From a virus (Duplodnaviria > Caudoviricetes): DNA of 34,747 nucleotides. The DNA is taken from IMG/VR virus record IMGVR_UViG_3300034236_000077; one strand, given 5' to 3'. The notes under the pieces were generated by a model. It saw only the letters and a program-made list of their open reading frames with translations. It did no database searches and was not told where the DNA came from. Below are positions 23,343 to 34,500 of this stretch, piece by piece. Numbering within the stretch: the stretch's first letter is position 1; each line of letters opens with the position of its first letter. The position numbers and the translations under genes were made by a program.

Positions 23343-26300
23343 GCGGCACCAGGCACGAGATCGAAGTGGCACTGACCCCGACAGGCGGGCCGGAAACGGT
23401 CCGCCTTTTCGGGTTGGTGAACGCTTCACTCCACGAAACTGCTGGGGCTGCAACGACCGTGGCTGCGGCGACGGTCGGAGTGGACCGTGCCATCGAGAGC
23501 ACGAACCTGCGTGGGTTCGCAGGTGCCGCCGCGAACGCAGCGGGCCAGCTGAAACCGATCGCTCCCGCGGCCACCCGGGCGGCAGAGGGCGTGTGGCTAC
23601 TGGAAGCCGCCACGACTCAGGAAACGGCGGCGGGCAAGGTTCTGAACGGTACCCTGCAGGGCAGCGCCGAGTCCATGAACACCATTCCGCCGGCGGCTGC
23701 CGCCGCGGCGGAGGGTATCGAGACCCTCGCAGCCGAAAGCAGCAGGGCAGGCAACCAGGTCGAGGCGCTCCTCACCGACATGAACGCCCTCGTCAAGGAC
23801 GGTTTTGACCGGGTTGTTTCTGGGTCCGGGCGCGCGCGCAAGGCGTTGAAGGACGTGGTCCCGCCGGAACTCGCGGCCGAGTTGAAGGTCATCGAGGCTC
23901 GCCTGAAGGACCTGCACGAGCAGCACGACGCGGGCGGCAGGATCCAGGGCGTCGGCAACTCGATGACCATGGGGATCACCGTGCCGGTGATGGCGGCCGC
24001 CGGCGCAGCGACGGCGATGCAGCTGTCGTTCGAGAACTCGCTGACTCAGTTGGAGACGCTCGTCGGCATCAGCAGCGAGCAGGTGCGCGAGTGGCGCGGC
24101 GAGCTGATGGAGATGGCGCCCGCGGTGGGCCAGTTCGCGGCCCCTCTGACGGACGGAATGCTCGCCATCACCGGCGCCGGTGTGCGCGGCGCTGAGGCGA
24201 TGGAGCTGCTGGAGTACTCGGCAAAGGGCGCGTCGATGGGACTGGGCGAGGTCAACGACGTAGCCCGCCTCGGCACCGCCGCTGCCCAAGCCTACGCCGA
24301 GCAGCAGCTGGGTGGGAAGCGGGCGCTGGAGATCATCTTCGCGACTGCCCGCGAGGGCAACTTCGAGGTCTCTCAGCTGGCCGGCAGCATGGGAAGGGTG
24401 CTGCCGATTGCCGCCCAGCTGGGCGTCGAGTTCGAGGACGTCGGCGCGTTCATCGCGTCGTTCACCAAGGTCAACGGAGACGCCTCCCAATCGGTGACCG
24501 GGCTGGTGGCGTTCCTCCAGGCGTTGATCGCCCCAACAAAGGAGGGCGCCGAAACACTCGCCAAGGTAGGACTCTCGGCAGCGAAGCTACGGGAGGAAGT
24601 CAAAGACAAGGGGCTCACCCAAGCGCTCATCGACCTGATCGCGCTGTTCAAGAACAGCCCAGAGGAGTTGGTGAAGGTCATCCCCTCCATCGAGGGCCTG
24701 GTGGGGGCGCTGGGCACTGCGGGGTTGCAATCGGCCGACTTCACGCTGGTCGCTGACAATATCCACAAGTCTGCCAATGTCATTGACGATGCATGGGCCA
24801 TCGTCGAAGACCGTGACGGCCACAAGCTAAAAACCGCCACGATCGAACTGTCGAACCTGGGAATCACCATCGGCGCCGAGCTCGCGCCGGCGCTGGTGGA
24901 CCTGGTGAGGGCCGGCGTTCCCGTGATCCACTTCGTCGGCGACGTGGTGGAAGGGTTCGGGCTGCTGCCCGGGCCAATCAAGACGACGGCGTTCGTCATC
25001 GGCGGCGTCGTGGTGGCGATGGGTCCGTTCATCACCGTGCTTGGCACCGGGGTCCAGCTGCTCACGAGCGTGAGGATCGCCGCGGCAACGGCCTCCGCGG
25101 CGAACGCCCTCGGAGGTATGCCCGTGCTGTTGAGCGGGACCGCTGCAGCTGGTGTCGCGGCCGGCGCCGGTGCTGAGACGGCCGCCGCCGGCATCACCGC
25201 CGCCAACGCCGCCGCACGGGGGCTCGCGATCACCCTGGGCGTCGGCGCCGCGGTGCTGGTCGGACTGGGGCTTTTGGCCGCCGCCTTCGGGAACGCCGCC
25301 AGCAAGGCGCGCGAGATGGGCGAGACTGGGGAAGAGTCGGTCCGGAAGGTCCAAGCGGCGCTCACGCAGATGGACGTAGCCACGCTGCAGGGCGAAGAGG
25401 CGGCAGTCCGAGGGTCGCTTGAGCGCGTCCGCCAGGATCTCGCGAGGGAGCGGGCGGCATACCGCGGCCTTTCCGACAAGCCTGTCGTCGTCGCGGTCCG
25501 GCGCGTCGGCACTGGTGAGCGCGAGACGCTCGTCAACGAATACGGTCCCAGTGAGCAGGACCAAGCCGAGCAGCGTCTCCAGGTGCTCGCGTTGCAGCAA
25601 GTCCAGCTCGAGCAGCGCCGCGCGCAGATCGCCGCGGAGATCGCGAGCCAGCGGGCTGCGGCCGCACAGGCTGCTGAAGCACGACGCCTGGCAGACGCCA
25701 CAGCTCGGCGCGGCGCCCAGCTGCTCGGCGTAGAAGATCCAGACGACGAGAAAAAGAAGCGCACTCCAATTCAGCTCGGGCTCCCGGGCACGCGTTTCAG
25801 CGACATCCCGCAGATGGGCGTCGGCAGCGCAGCTGCACTGGCGCTGCAGCCTCTGGATGCCGAGGTGAACACCGCCTTCGCCGCGGTGCAGGGACACTTC
25901 GCGGATCTGTCCACCCGCTCGGCCGAGTTGACCGTTGAGCTCGCCGTTGCAGGCGAGACGCTGGACCGGCTGCCACGCGGAAGCGAGGCCTTCAAGGATA
26001 CAAACGAGCGTGTCCACGACCTCCGCATCGAGCTGCAGTCCGTGAACACGGAGCTGGCTGCCGTCCTTGCGGGGATGCAGCAGCTCGGGCGACAGGAGGG
26101 AATCTCGGTCGATGCGAAGGGCTTGCTCCCGATGATGCCCTTCACTCCCGACCCAGCGGCATTGCAGGCGATCACCGACCACGGCTTGCGTCAGCTGCAG
26201 GCGTTCGCAACTCAGCCCGGCCGTCGCGATTCGTATGGCCGCCTGGTCAACGGCCGCGGAACCCTTGCGGACGTTGTGGCGCGCGACCAGCAGACCACAA

Positions 26301-26863
26301 CCTCGTCGATGCGAAAACGCGACGTTGAGATGGCCGCCCGCGCGGGAATCCAATGGGGGGACCTGTCGGAAGCGCAGCGGGCGACGGCCGGAAAGGAGAA
26401 GGACTACGCGGCGCTGTTCCGGAAGTTCCACGAGGGCGCGGACGAGATGGATCGGGCGGCCGCGGTAGCCGTTGGTGCGATGGGAGACGTGGCGCTCGCC
26501 TGGATCGAAGGCTCGGCCGACATCGAGCAGGCGGTGATCTCCAGCTTGACGACGATCGCCCAGGGCCTGCCTGGAATGGACCCGTTCACTGGAGCTCTCA
26601 TCGGCACCCTTGGCAAGGTGATCGGCGGGCTTTTCGCCAGCCGTGAGCGCGATCGCGAGGATGATCGGGTGCAGCGTGTCCGCTTGGAGGAGTATTCTGA
26701 TCGCGCGCTGCAGCAGCAGAAGCGGCGTGAGGGTCCCGATCGTGTGACCCTGCAGATGATCGACTCGCGGACCGGCCGCACGACCTCTGAGACGGAGTAC
26801 TTCCTACGGCGACGAGCCCAGCGCGACGCCGTCGAGCGCCTTCCTCCAGCAACTACCCCCTGA
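23339..26863 (+). CDS. Tail tape measure protein (TP901-like core)
   Basis: 1174 aa, Ala-rich and helical; G.SMT.GIT.PV and A.QLGV.FED motifs; hydrophobic segments. Confidence 0.9.
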   Translation: MSGTRHEIEVALTPTGGPETVRLFGLVNASLHETAGAATTVAAATVGVDRAIESTNLRGFAGAAANAAGQLKPIAPAATRAAEGVWLLEAATTQETAAGKVLNGTLQGSAESMNTIPPAAAAAAEGIETLAAESSRAGNQVEALLTDMNALVKDGFDRVVSGSGRARKALKDVVPPELAAELKVIEARLKDLHEQHDAGGRIQGVGNSMTMGITVPVMAAAGAATAMQLSFENSLTQLETLVGISSEQVREWRGELMEMAPAVGQFAAPLTDGMLAITGAGVRGAEAMELLEYSAKGASMGLGEVNDVARLGTAAAQAYAEQQLGGKRALEIIFATAREGNFEVSQLAGSMGRVLPIAAQLGVEFEDVGAFIASFTKVNGDASQSVTGLVAFLQALIAPTKEGAETLAKVGLSAAKLREEVKDKGLTQALIDLIALFKNSPEELVKVIPSIEGLVGALGTAGLQSADFTLVADNIHKSANVIDDAWAIVEDRDGHKLKTATIELSNLGITIGAELAPALVDLVRAGVPVIHFVGDVVEGFGLLPGPIKTTAFVIGGVVVAMGPFITVLGTGVQLLTSVRIAAATASAANALGGMPVLLSGTAAAGVAAGAGAETAAAGITAANAAARGLAITLGVGAAVLVGLGLLAAAFGNAASKAREMGETGEESVRKVQAALTQMDVATLQGEEAAVRGSLERVRQDLARERAAYRGLSDKPVVVAVRRVGTGERETLVNEYGPSEQDQAEQRLQVLALQQVQLEQRRAQIAAEIASQRAAAAQAAEARRLADATARRGAQLLGVEDPDDEKKKRTPIQLGLPGTRFSDIPQMGVGSAAALALQPLDAEVNTAFAAVQGHFADLSTRSAELTVELAVAGETLDRLPRGSEAFKDTNERVHDLRIELQSVNTELAAVLAGMQQLGRQEGISVDAKGLLPMMPFTPDPAALQAITDHGLRQLQAFATQPGRRDSYGRLVNGRGTLADVVARDQQTTTSSMRKRDVEMAARAGIQWGDLSEAQRATAGKEKDYAALFRKFHEGADEMDRAAAVAVGAMGDVALAWIEGSADIEQAVISSLTTIAQGLPGMDPFTGALIGTLGKVIGGLFASRERDREDDRVQRVRLEEYSDRALQQQKRREGPDRVTLQMIDSRTGRTTSETEYFLRRRAQRDAVERLPPATTP

Positions 26864-26870
26864 CGCATTT

Positions 26871-27710
26871 ATGGGACGACCTCTGTTCCTGATCGAAAAC
26901 CTGGCCAACCAGGTGATGTTCCCCGCGCACCTGGTCACCGCCAGCAGTGAGGCATCCCGCGCGGAAGTTTGGCGCGTAGCCACAGGCCGGCGTTCGTGGC
27001 GCGATCGGTGGACGCCGGGGACCGACGACGCCGAGTCGTGGATCCGGATCGAGTGCGCCTCACCCCGCTCCGTCGACATGCTCGTGCTGGACCGCGGTCA
27101 CAACCTTGCCGGCCGCCGAGTGATCCTGGAAGCATCCGCGGACGGGTTCGTAGCCAACGTGACTCCAGTGCTCGACGTGGTCATCCCGGCCGCGGCTGCG
27201 GTGCCAGGCTCGATTGACGGAGACGCCGGCGCCCTGACGGAGGAAGGCGCATGGCTGAAGCGATTTCCAGCGGTAGCCGCAGCGGATTGGCAGCTCCGAG
27301 TTCCCGCCATGGGCCCGGGCCTCAGGCCTGAGATCGTCGGCCTCTGGGTGGGCCGGGCCTGGTCGCCGCTGCAGTACCTCGATTTGCCGTGGGGAGACGA
27401 AAGCATCGACCTCCAATACCAGGCAGTCACCACGGACGCCGCCTGGTCGGGCGCTGGCCGGGGCACCCGGGCGCGCACTGGTGAGATCGGCATCAAGCTC
27501 TCGCCGGGCGAGTACCCCTTGGCGCGGTACCACATCCGCGATCTCTGGTGGGTGCCCCGGCCGGGGTGGCTCGTGTACGACTCGGACCAGGCTGAGCGCG
27601 CAGTGCTCGCCCTGCCGACGCCGGGGCGGGCCGGGTTCGAGCAACAGGAGGGCTGGTCAGAGCGCCAGGCCATCCTGTCGTGGATCGAGCATGAGCCTCA
27701 GGTGAGCTGA
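26871..27710 (+). CDS. Putative distal tail protein
   Basis: 279 aa after the tape measure gene; discoidin-like WTP...HNL...W.LR pattern. Confidence 0.55.
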   Translation: MGRPLFLIENLANQVMFPAHLVTASSEASRAEVWRVATGRRSWRDRWTPGTDDAESWIRIECASPRSVDMLVLDRGHNLAGRRVILEASADGFVANVTPVLDVVIPAAAAVPGSIDGDAGALTEEGAWLKRFPAVAAADWQLRVPAMGPGLRPEIVGLWVGRAWSPLQYLDLPWGDESIDLQYQAVTTDAAWSGAGRGTRARTGEIGIKLSPGEYPLARYHIRDLWWVPRPGWLVYDSDQAERAVLALPTPGRAGFEQQEGWSERQAILSWIEHEPQVS

Positions 27711-30700
27711 TGCGCAGAGGCTGGAACACCGAACTCGAGCGCCTCCTCCGGCGGGCGGACCCGCTCGCGCGCATCATCCCTGAAATCGCAGGCGTTGCGG
27801 CTGAGGACGTCCGCGATCGTCCCGACGAATGGCTGTCTGCCGACTCTCTCGTCGGTCTGGCCACGCTTCCTGAGGGCGGAGTCCAGCTCGCCGCCGAAAC
27901 GAGTACCGTCGTCGAGGCAACGAGCTCAGGGAGCGGATGGCTCTCACGGCTCGGAGAACTGCCGCGAGATGCGGCGATCATCGAGTGGCCGCCAAATCAA
28001 CGTGATTTCGTCCTGCGAGCCTTGACGCTCCACCTGGTGGCCCAGCGCGACCCGGCGCAGCCGCGGGAGGTGGATCGGTGGGCGGTGCAGGTCCTGTGGC
28101 TCACCGAGCACAACCTGCTCACGAGCCGCACCCCGATCGCGGCGTACACGGCCGTCCCTCTGCACGAGACCGTGTACGTCCCTGCAGCCGGCGGTTCAAA
28201 TGGAGGCGATGTCGAGGTGCCGTTCGCGGCGCTGGGCCTTCGCGTCGTGGTCCCGATGATCTCCCCTCGATTCATCGGCACCGAGGCCCAGAAGGCCGCG
28301 CAGCCTTTGCCCCCTACGACCTTCGTCGTGGTGAGGGGCCTTAAGGCTGATGGTAAGCCGGCTGGGAATGTCGGCTGGGGCTACGGGCCGGTCGAGGCGA
28401 ACGTCCATGGAGTGCGGCTCAGAAGCTTTTTGATGCAGGCGATACCTGGCGCCGCCCGTGCCCGAGGCATTCAAGGAGACTTTGGCGGGGTCAAGGCAGC
28501 CGGGGCGCCTCGCATGGCCATGTACAGCGGAACGTTCGTAGCCGCGACTGCTGGCTTCACGACCGCGCTGAATCAACTCGATCTCGGAGCGCAACCGCAG
28601 TTGGACGTCGAACTCGTCGGCCAGGGTGAGCAGGCCGCGGACAGCCGCGTCATCTACGAGATCGCCGCGGACGATGGCACGTGGCGCCCGTTTGCCGACG
28701 GCGACCTGGTGGGGATCGACAACTCCTCCAGCGGGGGCACCGACCTCTCACCCACCGCGCCCCACCCGATCTCCATCCGGCAGACGTACCGCATGCGCGC
28801 GCGCCTGGAGCCATCCTCGCTCGGTCTCGACACGCCGATCGTCCGGGCGCTGGGGTGCCGCGTGGTGGAGCGCACGCTGATCGACGGTGGTGAGGCCACG
28901 TTTAACCCCTCTGGCGCCTGGGCGATCGACCCGGTCACTCTGAAGGGCGAGGTTATGGAAGGCGAGCTGCTGATCGCGCGCACCGGCGAGCGCGACTTCC
29001 GGGATCTCGGCTCCGAGCTGCTCACCCGGTACCCCCTCGCCGGTCTCTCGGTGCGCCTGTGGCTGGGCCACTCCTCATTGCCACGACGCGACTGGATGCT
29101 GGTCGATGAGCTGCTGGTGGAGGATTACGTCTCCACGCCGGCGGCGATTCGGATCACGTGCATCTCGCCCCTCGCTCTGACGCGGGTCCGCGTGCCCCGG
29201 CCGATCAGCGTGTCGAACGCCGTGACCGTGAGAGAGCCGATTCACTTTCAGAACCGCACGCTGGCCGAGGCATACGCCGATCTGCTTGATGCCGTCGTCG
29301 CTCTTCCCGAGCGATATCGCGGTCCAATGATCCCGTCGGCTCACACCAGCACGGTCAGCAAGCTGATCAGCGACGGTGACGGCAAGGACGAGCTCGACGC
29401 GGTGGCCAGGATGGCGGGAGGGGCGGTGCTTTGCTCTCAGGGCCGGGTCCGGTGGGTGGACGTGCTCGGCGAGAAGGCGCTGGTAGCGACGTTCCCGGAG
29501 GAGGAGATCCGCGTGAACCACGTCGGGCCCGGGTACCGGCACCGAGTGCCGGAGTTCTTCGTCCCGTTCCTCTGGGTGGAGTCGGAGAGCCGGTACGCCG
29601 AGGAGATCCGCTCGTTTCATGCGGACGCTCTCGAGCAGCTCGGAACGGTGACGCTGGATGCTCCGCAGGTGCTGGACGACGTCGTGGCCCGCTGGATCGA
29701 CACGGTGGGCTTGGCCGAGCGCGTCGCGCGAGGCGTCACTGAGTCGATCGGCCCCGGGCTTCTGCTCTGGAGCTTTGAGGCGGCGTATCCTCACCCGGAA
29801 TTGGAGCCCGGAGACCTTATCGCGGTGCAGGTGAGCGCCTTCGTCGCCAGGGATCCCGTCGGCGGCCGCGAGCTCCGCGGCCGCCTATGGGCAACAGGAG
29901 TCGTCCAGTCCGTCGGCGACCCACTCGGTCACGAGATCTCGGTCTGGGTCCGGCGCTGGACGGACATCCACGCCGCGGTGGAACCGATCGAACGGCGTAC
30001 CACGAACCTCGCAGGGTTGTTCGTCAGCTTGACCGACGCCGGCAGCACCGAAGCCACCAGGAGCTTCCACTACGCCGCCGGGCCAAGCGTCGCGCACTTG
30101 TGGCTTCGGACGCTCCTGCTCGAGCAGCCTCACGATGTCGACGTCGCCGCCGCTCTCGCGGCAAAGGGCCCGGACCAGGTGCTCTCCGGGTCAGGGCTCA
30201 TCACTGCAGCCGTGCCCCCCAGAAACCACCTACTCTATGGCGCGGTTACTCCGTTTTCGACTGCGTTCGGCTACGAGGGCCGGACGGAATACTTCCAGGT
30301 TGATCCGGTGGATTCCGAGCCGCCTGTGTGGGAGGTAGTGAAAACGGTCGAGCGCGTGGTGGCCGGCCAAGCCATCGGCATCGCACGCTGGCGCGGGCGG
30401 CTCCGCGGTATTGAGGTCACCTCAATGCTGGTTATTACCCGGGTGGGGAAGGAGCCGTGGTCGGCGCCCCGGGCCCCCGTGCGCGGTCCAGGCGCCAACT
30501 CCATCACCATTCCCGGCGACGTACTCGGGCCCAACGAGTACGAGGACGACGTGTTGCTGGTCGACGACAACCTCTCCGAGATCCGCCCCACTGCAAGCCT
30601 TGCCACGGGTGAGCCCCAGACCATCGCGGTGCCTCAGTTCGACAAGAACAGCCTTCCGAGGATCGTCAGCATCGATATCGACGGGAAAAAGGCCCGGTGC

Positions 30701-31327
30701 ACCGGCGACTCCGACGTAAAGAGCTGGACTGCTGCCGCGGGTGGGGCCTGGACGCAAGAGAGGGATGGGAGCACCGTCACCTTCCTCAACATTCCCGTGC
30801 CCGCCGCGGGGCAGTGGGAGGTGCTTTTCACCGCCCGCAACGTGCCGCTGGTGTCGAAGAGCGAACCCGGTGTCGTGGAGGTGTCGGCTACGCGCATCGT
30901 GCGCAGTGCCGACGCGGCCGACGATCCGAACCGGCCCGTGTGGGCGGAGGAGCCGATCGTCGAGGCGCCGGAACCGGGGGGCGCGGGCGTAGCCACTATC
31001 AGCCTCCTCGCACGCCCGCAGCCGGTCGGCGCTGCGCCTCTGTGGGGCTTCGGGGTGCGTCTGATGGAGTGCCACACGACCGGCGGCGGGTGGACGAACT
31101 GGGAGGACATCACCGCCGCCGTTGAACCCGTCCCCGATCATCCGCGGGAAGAGGGATCTTTCCACACCTTTCAGACGGGCCAGAACTACCTGGCTGAGGG
31201 CGCGGTGCTGTACACGATGAAGGTACGCGCGGAACTGCTGGATGGCGCCGCGGTGATCGATGCGCGGGAGGGGACGGGGTCGTGGAACGTGGCGGACCAT
31301 TCGGGCGTGGGGCTGGTGCCGCTATGA
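27710..31327 (+). CDS. Large tail tip / hub protein
   Basis: 1205 aa, beta-rich; hub-like P.LEPGD.I.V motif; tail module position. Confidence 0.6.
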   Translation: MRRGWNTELERLLRRADPLARIIPEIAGVAAEDVRDRPDEWLSADSLVGLATLPEGGVQLAAETSTVVEATSSGSGWLSRLGELPRDAAIIEWPPNQRDFVLRALTLHLVAQRDPAQPREVDRWAVQVLWLTEHNLLTSRTPIAAYTAVPLHETVYVPAAGGSNGGDVEVPFAALGLRVVVPMISPRFIGTEAQKAAQPLPPTTFVVVRGLKADGKPAGNVGWGYGPVEANVHGVRLRSFLMQAIPGAARARGIQGDFGGVKAAGAPRMAMYSGTFVAATAGFTTALNQLDLGAQPQLDVELVGQGEQAADSRVIYEIAADDGTWRPFADGDLVGIDNSSSGGTDLSPTAPHPISIRQTYRMRARLEPSSLGLDTPIVRALGCRVVERTLIDGGEATFNPSGAWAIDPVTLKGEVMEGELLIARTGERDFRDLGSELLTRYPLAGLSVRLWLGHSSLPRRDWMLVDELLVEDYVSTPAAIRITCISPLALTRVRVPRPISVSNAVTVREPIHFQNRTLAEAYADLLDAVVALPERYRGPMIPSAHTSTVSKLISDGDGKDELDAVARMAGGAVLCSQGRVRWVDVLGEKALVATFPEEEIRVNHVGPGYRHRVPEFFVPFLWVESESRYAEEIRSFHADALEQLGTVTLDAPQVLDDVVARWIDTVGLAERVARGVTESIGPGLLLWSFEAAYPHPELEPGDLIAVQVSAFVARDPVGGRELRGRLWATGVVQSVGDPLGHEISVWVRRWTDIHAAVEPIERRTTNLAGLFVSLTDAGSTEATRSFHYAAGPSVAHLWLRTLLLEQPHDVDVAAALAAKGPDQVLSGSGLITAAVPPRNHLLYGAVTPFSTAFGYEGRTEYFQVDPVDSEPPVWEVVKTVERVVAGQAIGIARWRGRLRGIEVTSMLVITRVGKEPWSAPRAPVRGPGANSITIPGDVLGPNEYEDDVLLVDDNLSEIRPTASLATGEPQTIAVPQFDKNSLPRIVSIDIDGKKARCTGDSDVKSWTAAAGGAWTQERDGSTVTFLNIPVPAAGQWEVLFTARNVPLVSKSEPGVVEVSATRIVRSADAADDPNRPVWAEEPIVEAPEPGGAGVATISLLARPQPVGAAPLWGFGVRLMECHTTGGGWTNWEDITAAVEPVPDHPREEGSFHTFQTGQNYLAEGAVLYTMKVRAELLDGAAVIDAREGTGSWNVADHSGVGLVPL

Positions 31328-31572
31328 GCCTCGGGAAGGTAGCCAAGGTGAGGCGGGGCACCGGGCCGATGCCGGAGAGGTCAAGCGTGACGCTCAGCTA
31401 CCTCCAGGAGGTGTCGCCGGGAAGGTACCGGCCGGTCGCGACGCGTTCCGGCGCGACGCACCGGCACGTGCGCACGGCGCGGGGCATCCAGGTCGCCCCT
31501 CTGTCGACGGATGCGGGTGGCATCATAGAGGTGGTGATGGGCGACAAATTGCGAATCCTGGGAGAGTTGTGA
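31324..31572 (+). CDS. Hypothetical protein
   Basis: ATGA-coupled start at 31324; 82 aa. Confidence 0.5.
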   Translation: MSLGKVAKVRRGTGPMPERSSVTLSYLQEVSPGRYRPVATRSGATHRHVRTARGIQVAPLSTDAGGIIEVVMGDKLRILGEL

Positions 31573-31576
31573 ACTA

Positions 31577-34500
31577 ATGCCGATTGAGCTGATCTACGAC
31601 TCCATCACCCCCGACACCGCCGGCGGCGTGAGTCTCCCGGCCCTGAACAGGGGCGGTGCCGGCATGTACGACGTCGCCGCCTTCAGGGCCGACCTCGGCT
31701 TCGTGCTGGACGGCACGGCAGACGACGGTCCGCGGCTCGCGCTGCTGGCCGCGCGTGTCGCGGACGAGGGCGGGCGGATTCGGCTTGCCGACCCGCTCCG
31801 CATCAACGCCAGCATGACCCTGGGCGTGGGACTGGAGGTGCGCCCCGGTGCGCTGGTCAGGCCTGCCGCCGGTGTGACCCTCACGCTCGCGGGCCCGGTC
31901 GACGCGGGGCACGTCCACTGGATTGACGAGTCGCTGGGGGGGAAGGTGCGCTTCGCTCCCGGCAGCATCGAGGCGCTGAACCCCGTTCACTGGGGGGCAC
32001 CGGTGAACGGGGTTGACAACGACGGTCCGGCGGTCCGCGCCGCCGGGCTGAACGCCATGGCCACGGGCATCCGCGTTCAGCTGATCTCCGGATACTGGGT
32101 GATCGGCTCTCCAAACACGAGCGAGCTCGTCTGGATGGACGGGGCCACGCACAGCGTCACCATCCAGGGTGCCGGGGTGGGGATCACCAACATCAAGCGA
32201 CCCGATAACTCCATCCCCGATCCGGGGCTGGACGAGAACGGAGTCCAGCGCAGGAGCCTCGCGCTTCGGCTGTTCTACGTGCGAAACGCCGCGGGGCACA
32301 AAATCACCGTGAACATTTCGGGGCTGACGATCGACGACAACCACCGCGGTAATCCATTCTTCGCAGCCGATCCGGAAGGGCTGAAGCGGCAGCAAACACA
32401 CTGTATCGAGATGGTGGCGAACGGCGACGAAGGTATCGCGGAACTGCGCGTGAGGGACGTCGCCGTACACGACTGCAACACGGATGGGTTGAAGCTGGGC
32501 ACCATGGCGAACTCCGCGTTCGGCGACATCTTCGTCGACGGATTTCGCGAGACCGGCCGCGCGCGCAAGCTTCGCTCGGGCCTGTGCGCCACGGGTGGGT
32601 TCAAGTCGTGGCACATCAGCAACACATCCGTGGATAATCTGGAGTTCGAGTTTAACCAGACGAACCTTGCCCCCAGCCGCGTATTCCTGAGCAACGTCCT
32701 GTGCCGCTACAAGTTCGACGCGAACGTCAAGAAAACGATCGACACCGGCGTGATTCCCGAGTTGTACGCTAGCAATCTGCGCGTGACCGGTAAGATGAAT
32801 ACGGGTCAGATGCGCGGGAAGTTCAAAAATTGCCGCTTTGTCTTGAACGAGCCGTGGCGCGTACAGGAGTACGAGTGGCGGTTCGAGGGGAACTGCGAAG
32901 TGGTGGTCCGTCACGACTTCACCATCCCGGCCGGTACGAGCACGGGCGGGGTGCTGTACGCGCTCGGCAACGCCGGGCCTGACGTCCTCGACCTGGGAGG
33001 CGTCGAGTTCAGCCACGACAAGTACAGGGAGGCGGATCTTACGATCCGGGCGCAGATCGTAAACCCGCTGCCGCTGCTGCCGGACCTGCCGGTCGGTACG
33101 GTGTCACTGCCAGTCCCCGCACTTGCCGCGGCGATTCCCGCGGAAACGGACCTTTTCGCGGTCTCCGCCAACACCTGGGTGCGCACCCGCGGTCACACGC
33201 CCGCTGGCGCCACCAGAGTCCTTGTCTACCGCACCACGGCGCCGATACTGCCCGGCGACGCGATCCAGCAGGACGGATTGGCCGTTGCGACAATCTCGAA
33301 CCCGCTCCCGGCTCCTGCCTCTGTGGCGATCGGGGCTACGGCTTTGCCCGTCGCGCCTCTCCTGGCCGAGATCCCGGCTGGCAAGATCCTGAAGTGGGGC
33401 ACCGGCGTCTACGCAGAAACTACGGGCACCGCCCCCGTGAACGCCACGTCGATCCCGGTGGGGCCGGTCACCCAGCCGATCTTCCCGTCGGATACCGCCA
33501 TTGAGGTGACGCTGTTCGACCCGGCCGCCGCAGGCGTCACGTGCTATGTCGAAACATCCGTCAGTAGCAACAGCCCGCGTCGTGAGGTGAAGGTCGAGGG
33601 CTGCCGCTTCCGCGGGAATGTGCAGGCGCTCCGCTGGCGGGGGGGTGTTCTGTCGCTGGATGACAACGACTTCGAGTCGGTGAGCAACCCGGCGGTCTAC
33701 GTCCTCGGCGGACTGCCGGCGGACTTCGCCAATAGGGTGCACATCACCAACAACCGCATGCACGCCAGCCAGGACATGGTGCTGTTCCCGGTCAACCTCA
33801 CGGACGTGGCCGACATATGGATGAAGGGCAACGTCAACACCGTTGCGCCGCTGCGCCTCGCGAACCTGCGTGAGACGAACGTGCTCGTTCGGGGCACCAG
33901 CGCCGCCGGAGGGCTCACGTTCCACGAGCTGGATGTGATCGTGTTCGGGGCGAGGCCGACGACGGGTCGCTGGCTGATTGGGCAGATCATCTTGTACCCC
34001 GCACCGACCGGAAGCCACGCGCTGGGTGAGGTGTGCATCACGCCCGGGCCGTCGTCCAACAACACCGCGAAATGGGACGTGATCGGGAGCCCTGCGCTCT
34101 CCACGTCCACGGTCACGCGGCGGATGGCGACGGCAGGGACAACCGCGGAGCAGTACCTGTTGGCCGGCGCGACGCAGCCAACGTTCCAACGTAGGCAGGA
34201 CGGGCAGCAGAAGTTCGGTGCGGGCGGCTCCACTGCTCCCGACGTTACGATCGACCGGATGGGACCAGGCACAATCCGCCAGACAGGTGCGTCGAAGGGC
34301 AGCGCCGCATACGAGCTCCGGGCGGAAAACGATGCCGGTGACCCTGTTGCAGGGGACATTGAGTTCAGGGGCACCGACCGAGGCTCGATCGTGTTCCGCC
34401 TGCTGGCGGCCGTTGCAGGGGCAATCCGCTTCGTCGCGCTACGAATGGGTACGGACCGGGACGGGAACCGTCTGGGATTCGGGATCGAAGTGACTTCCTC

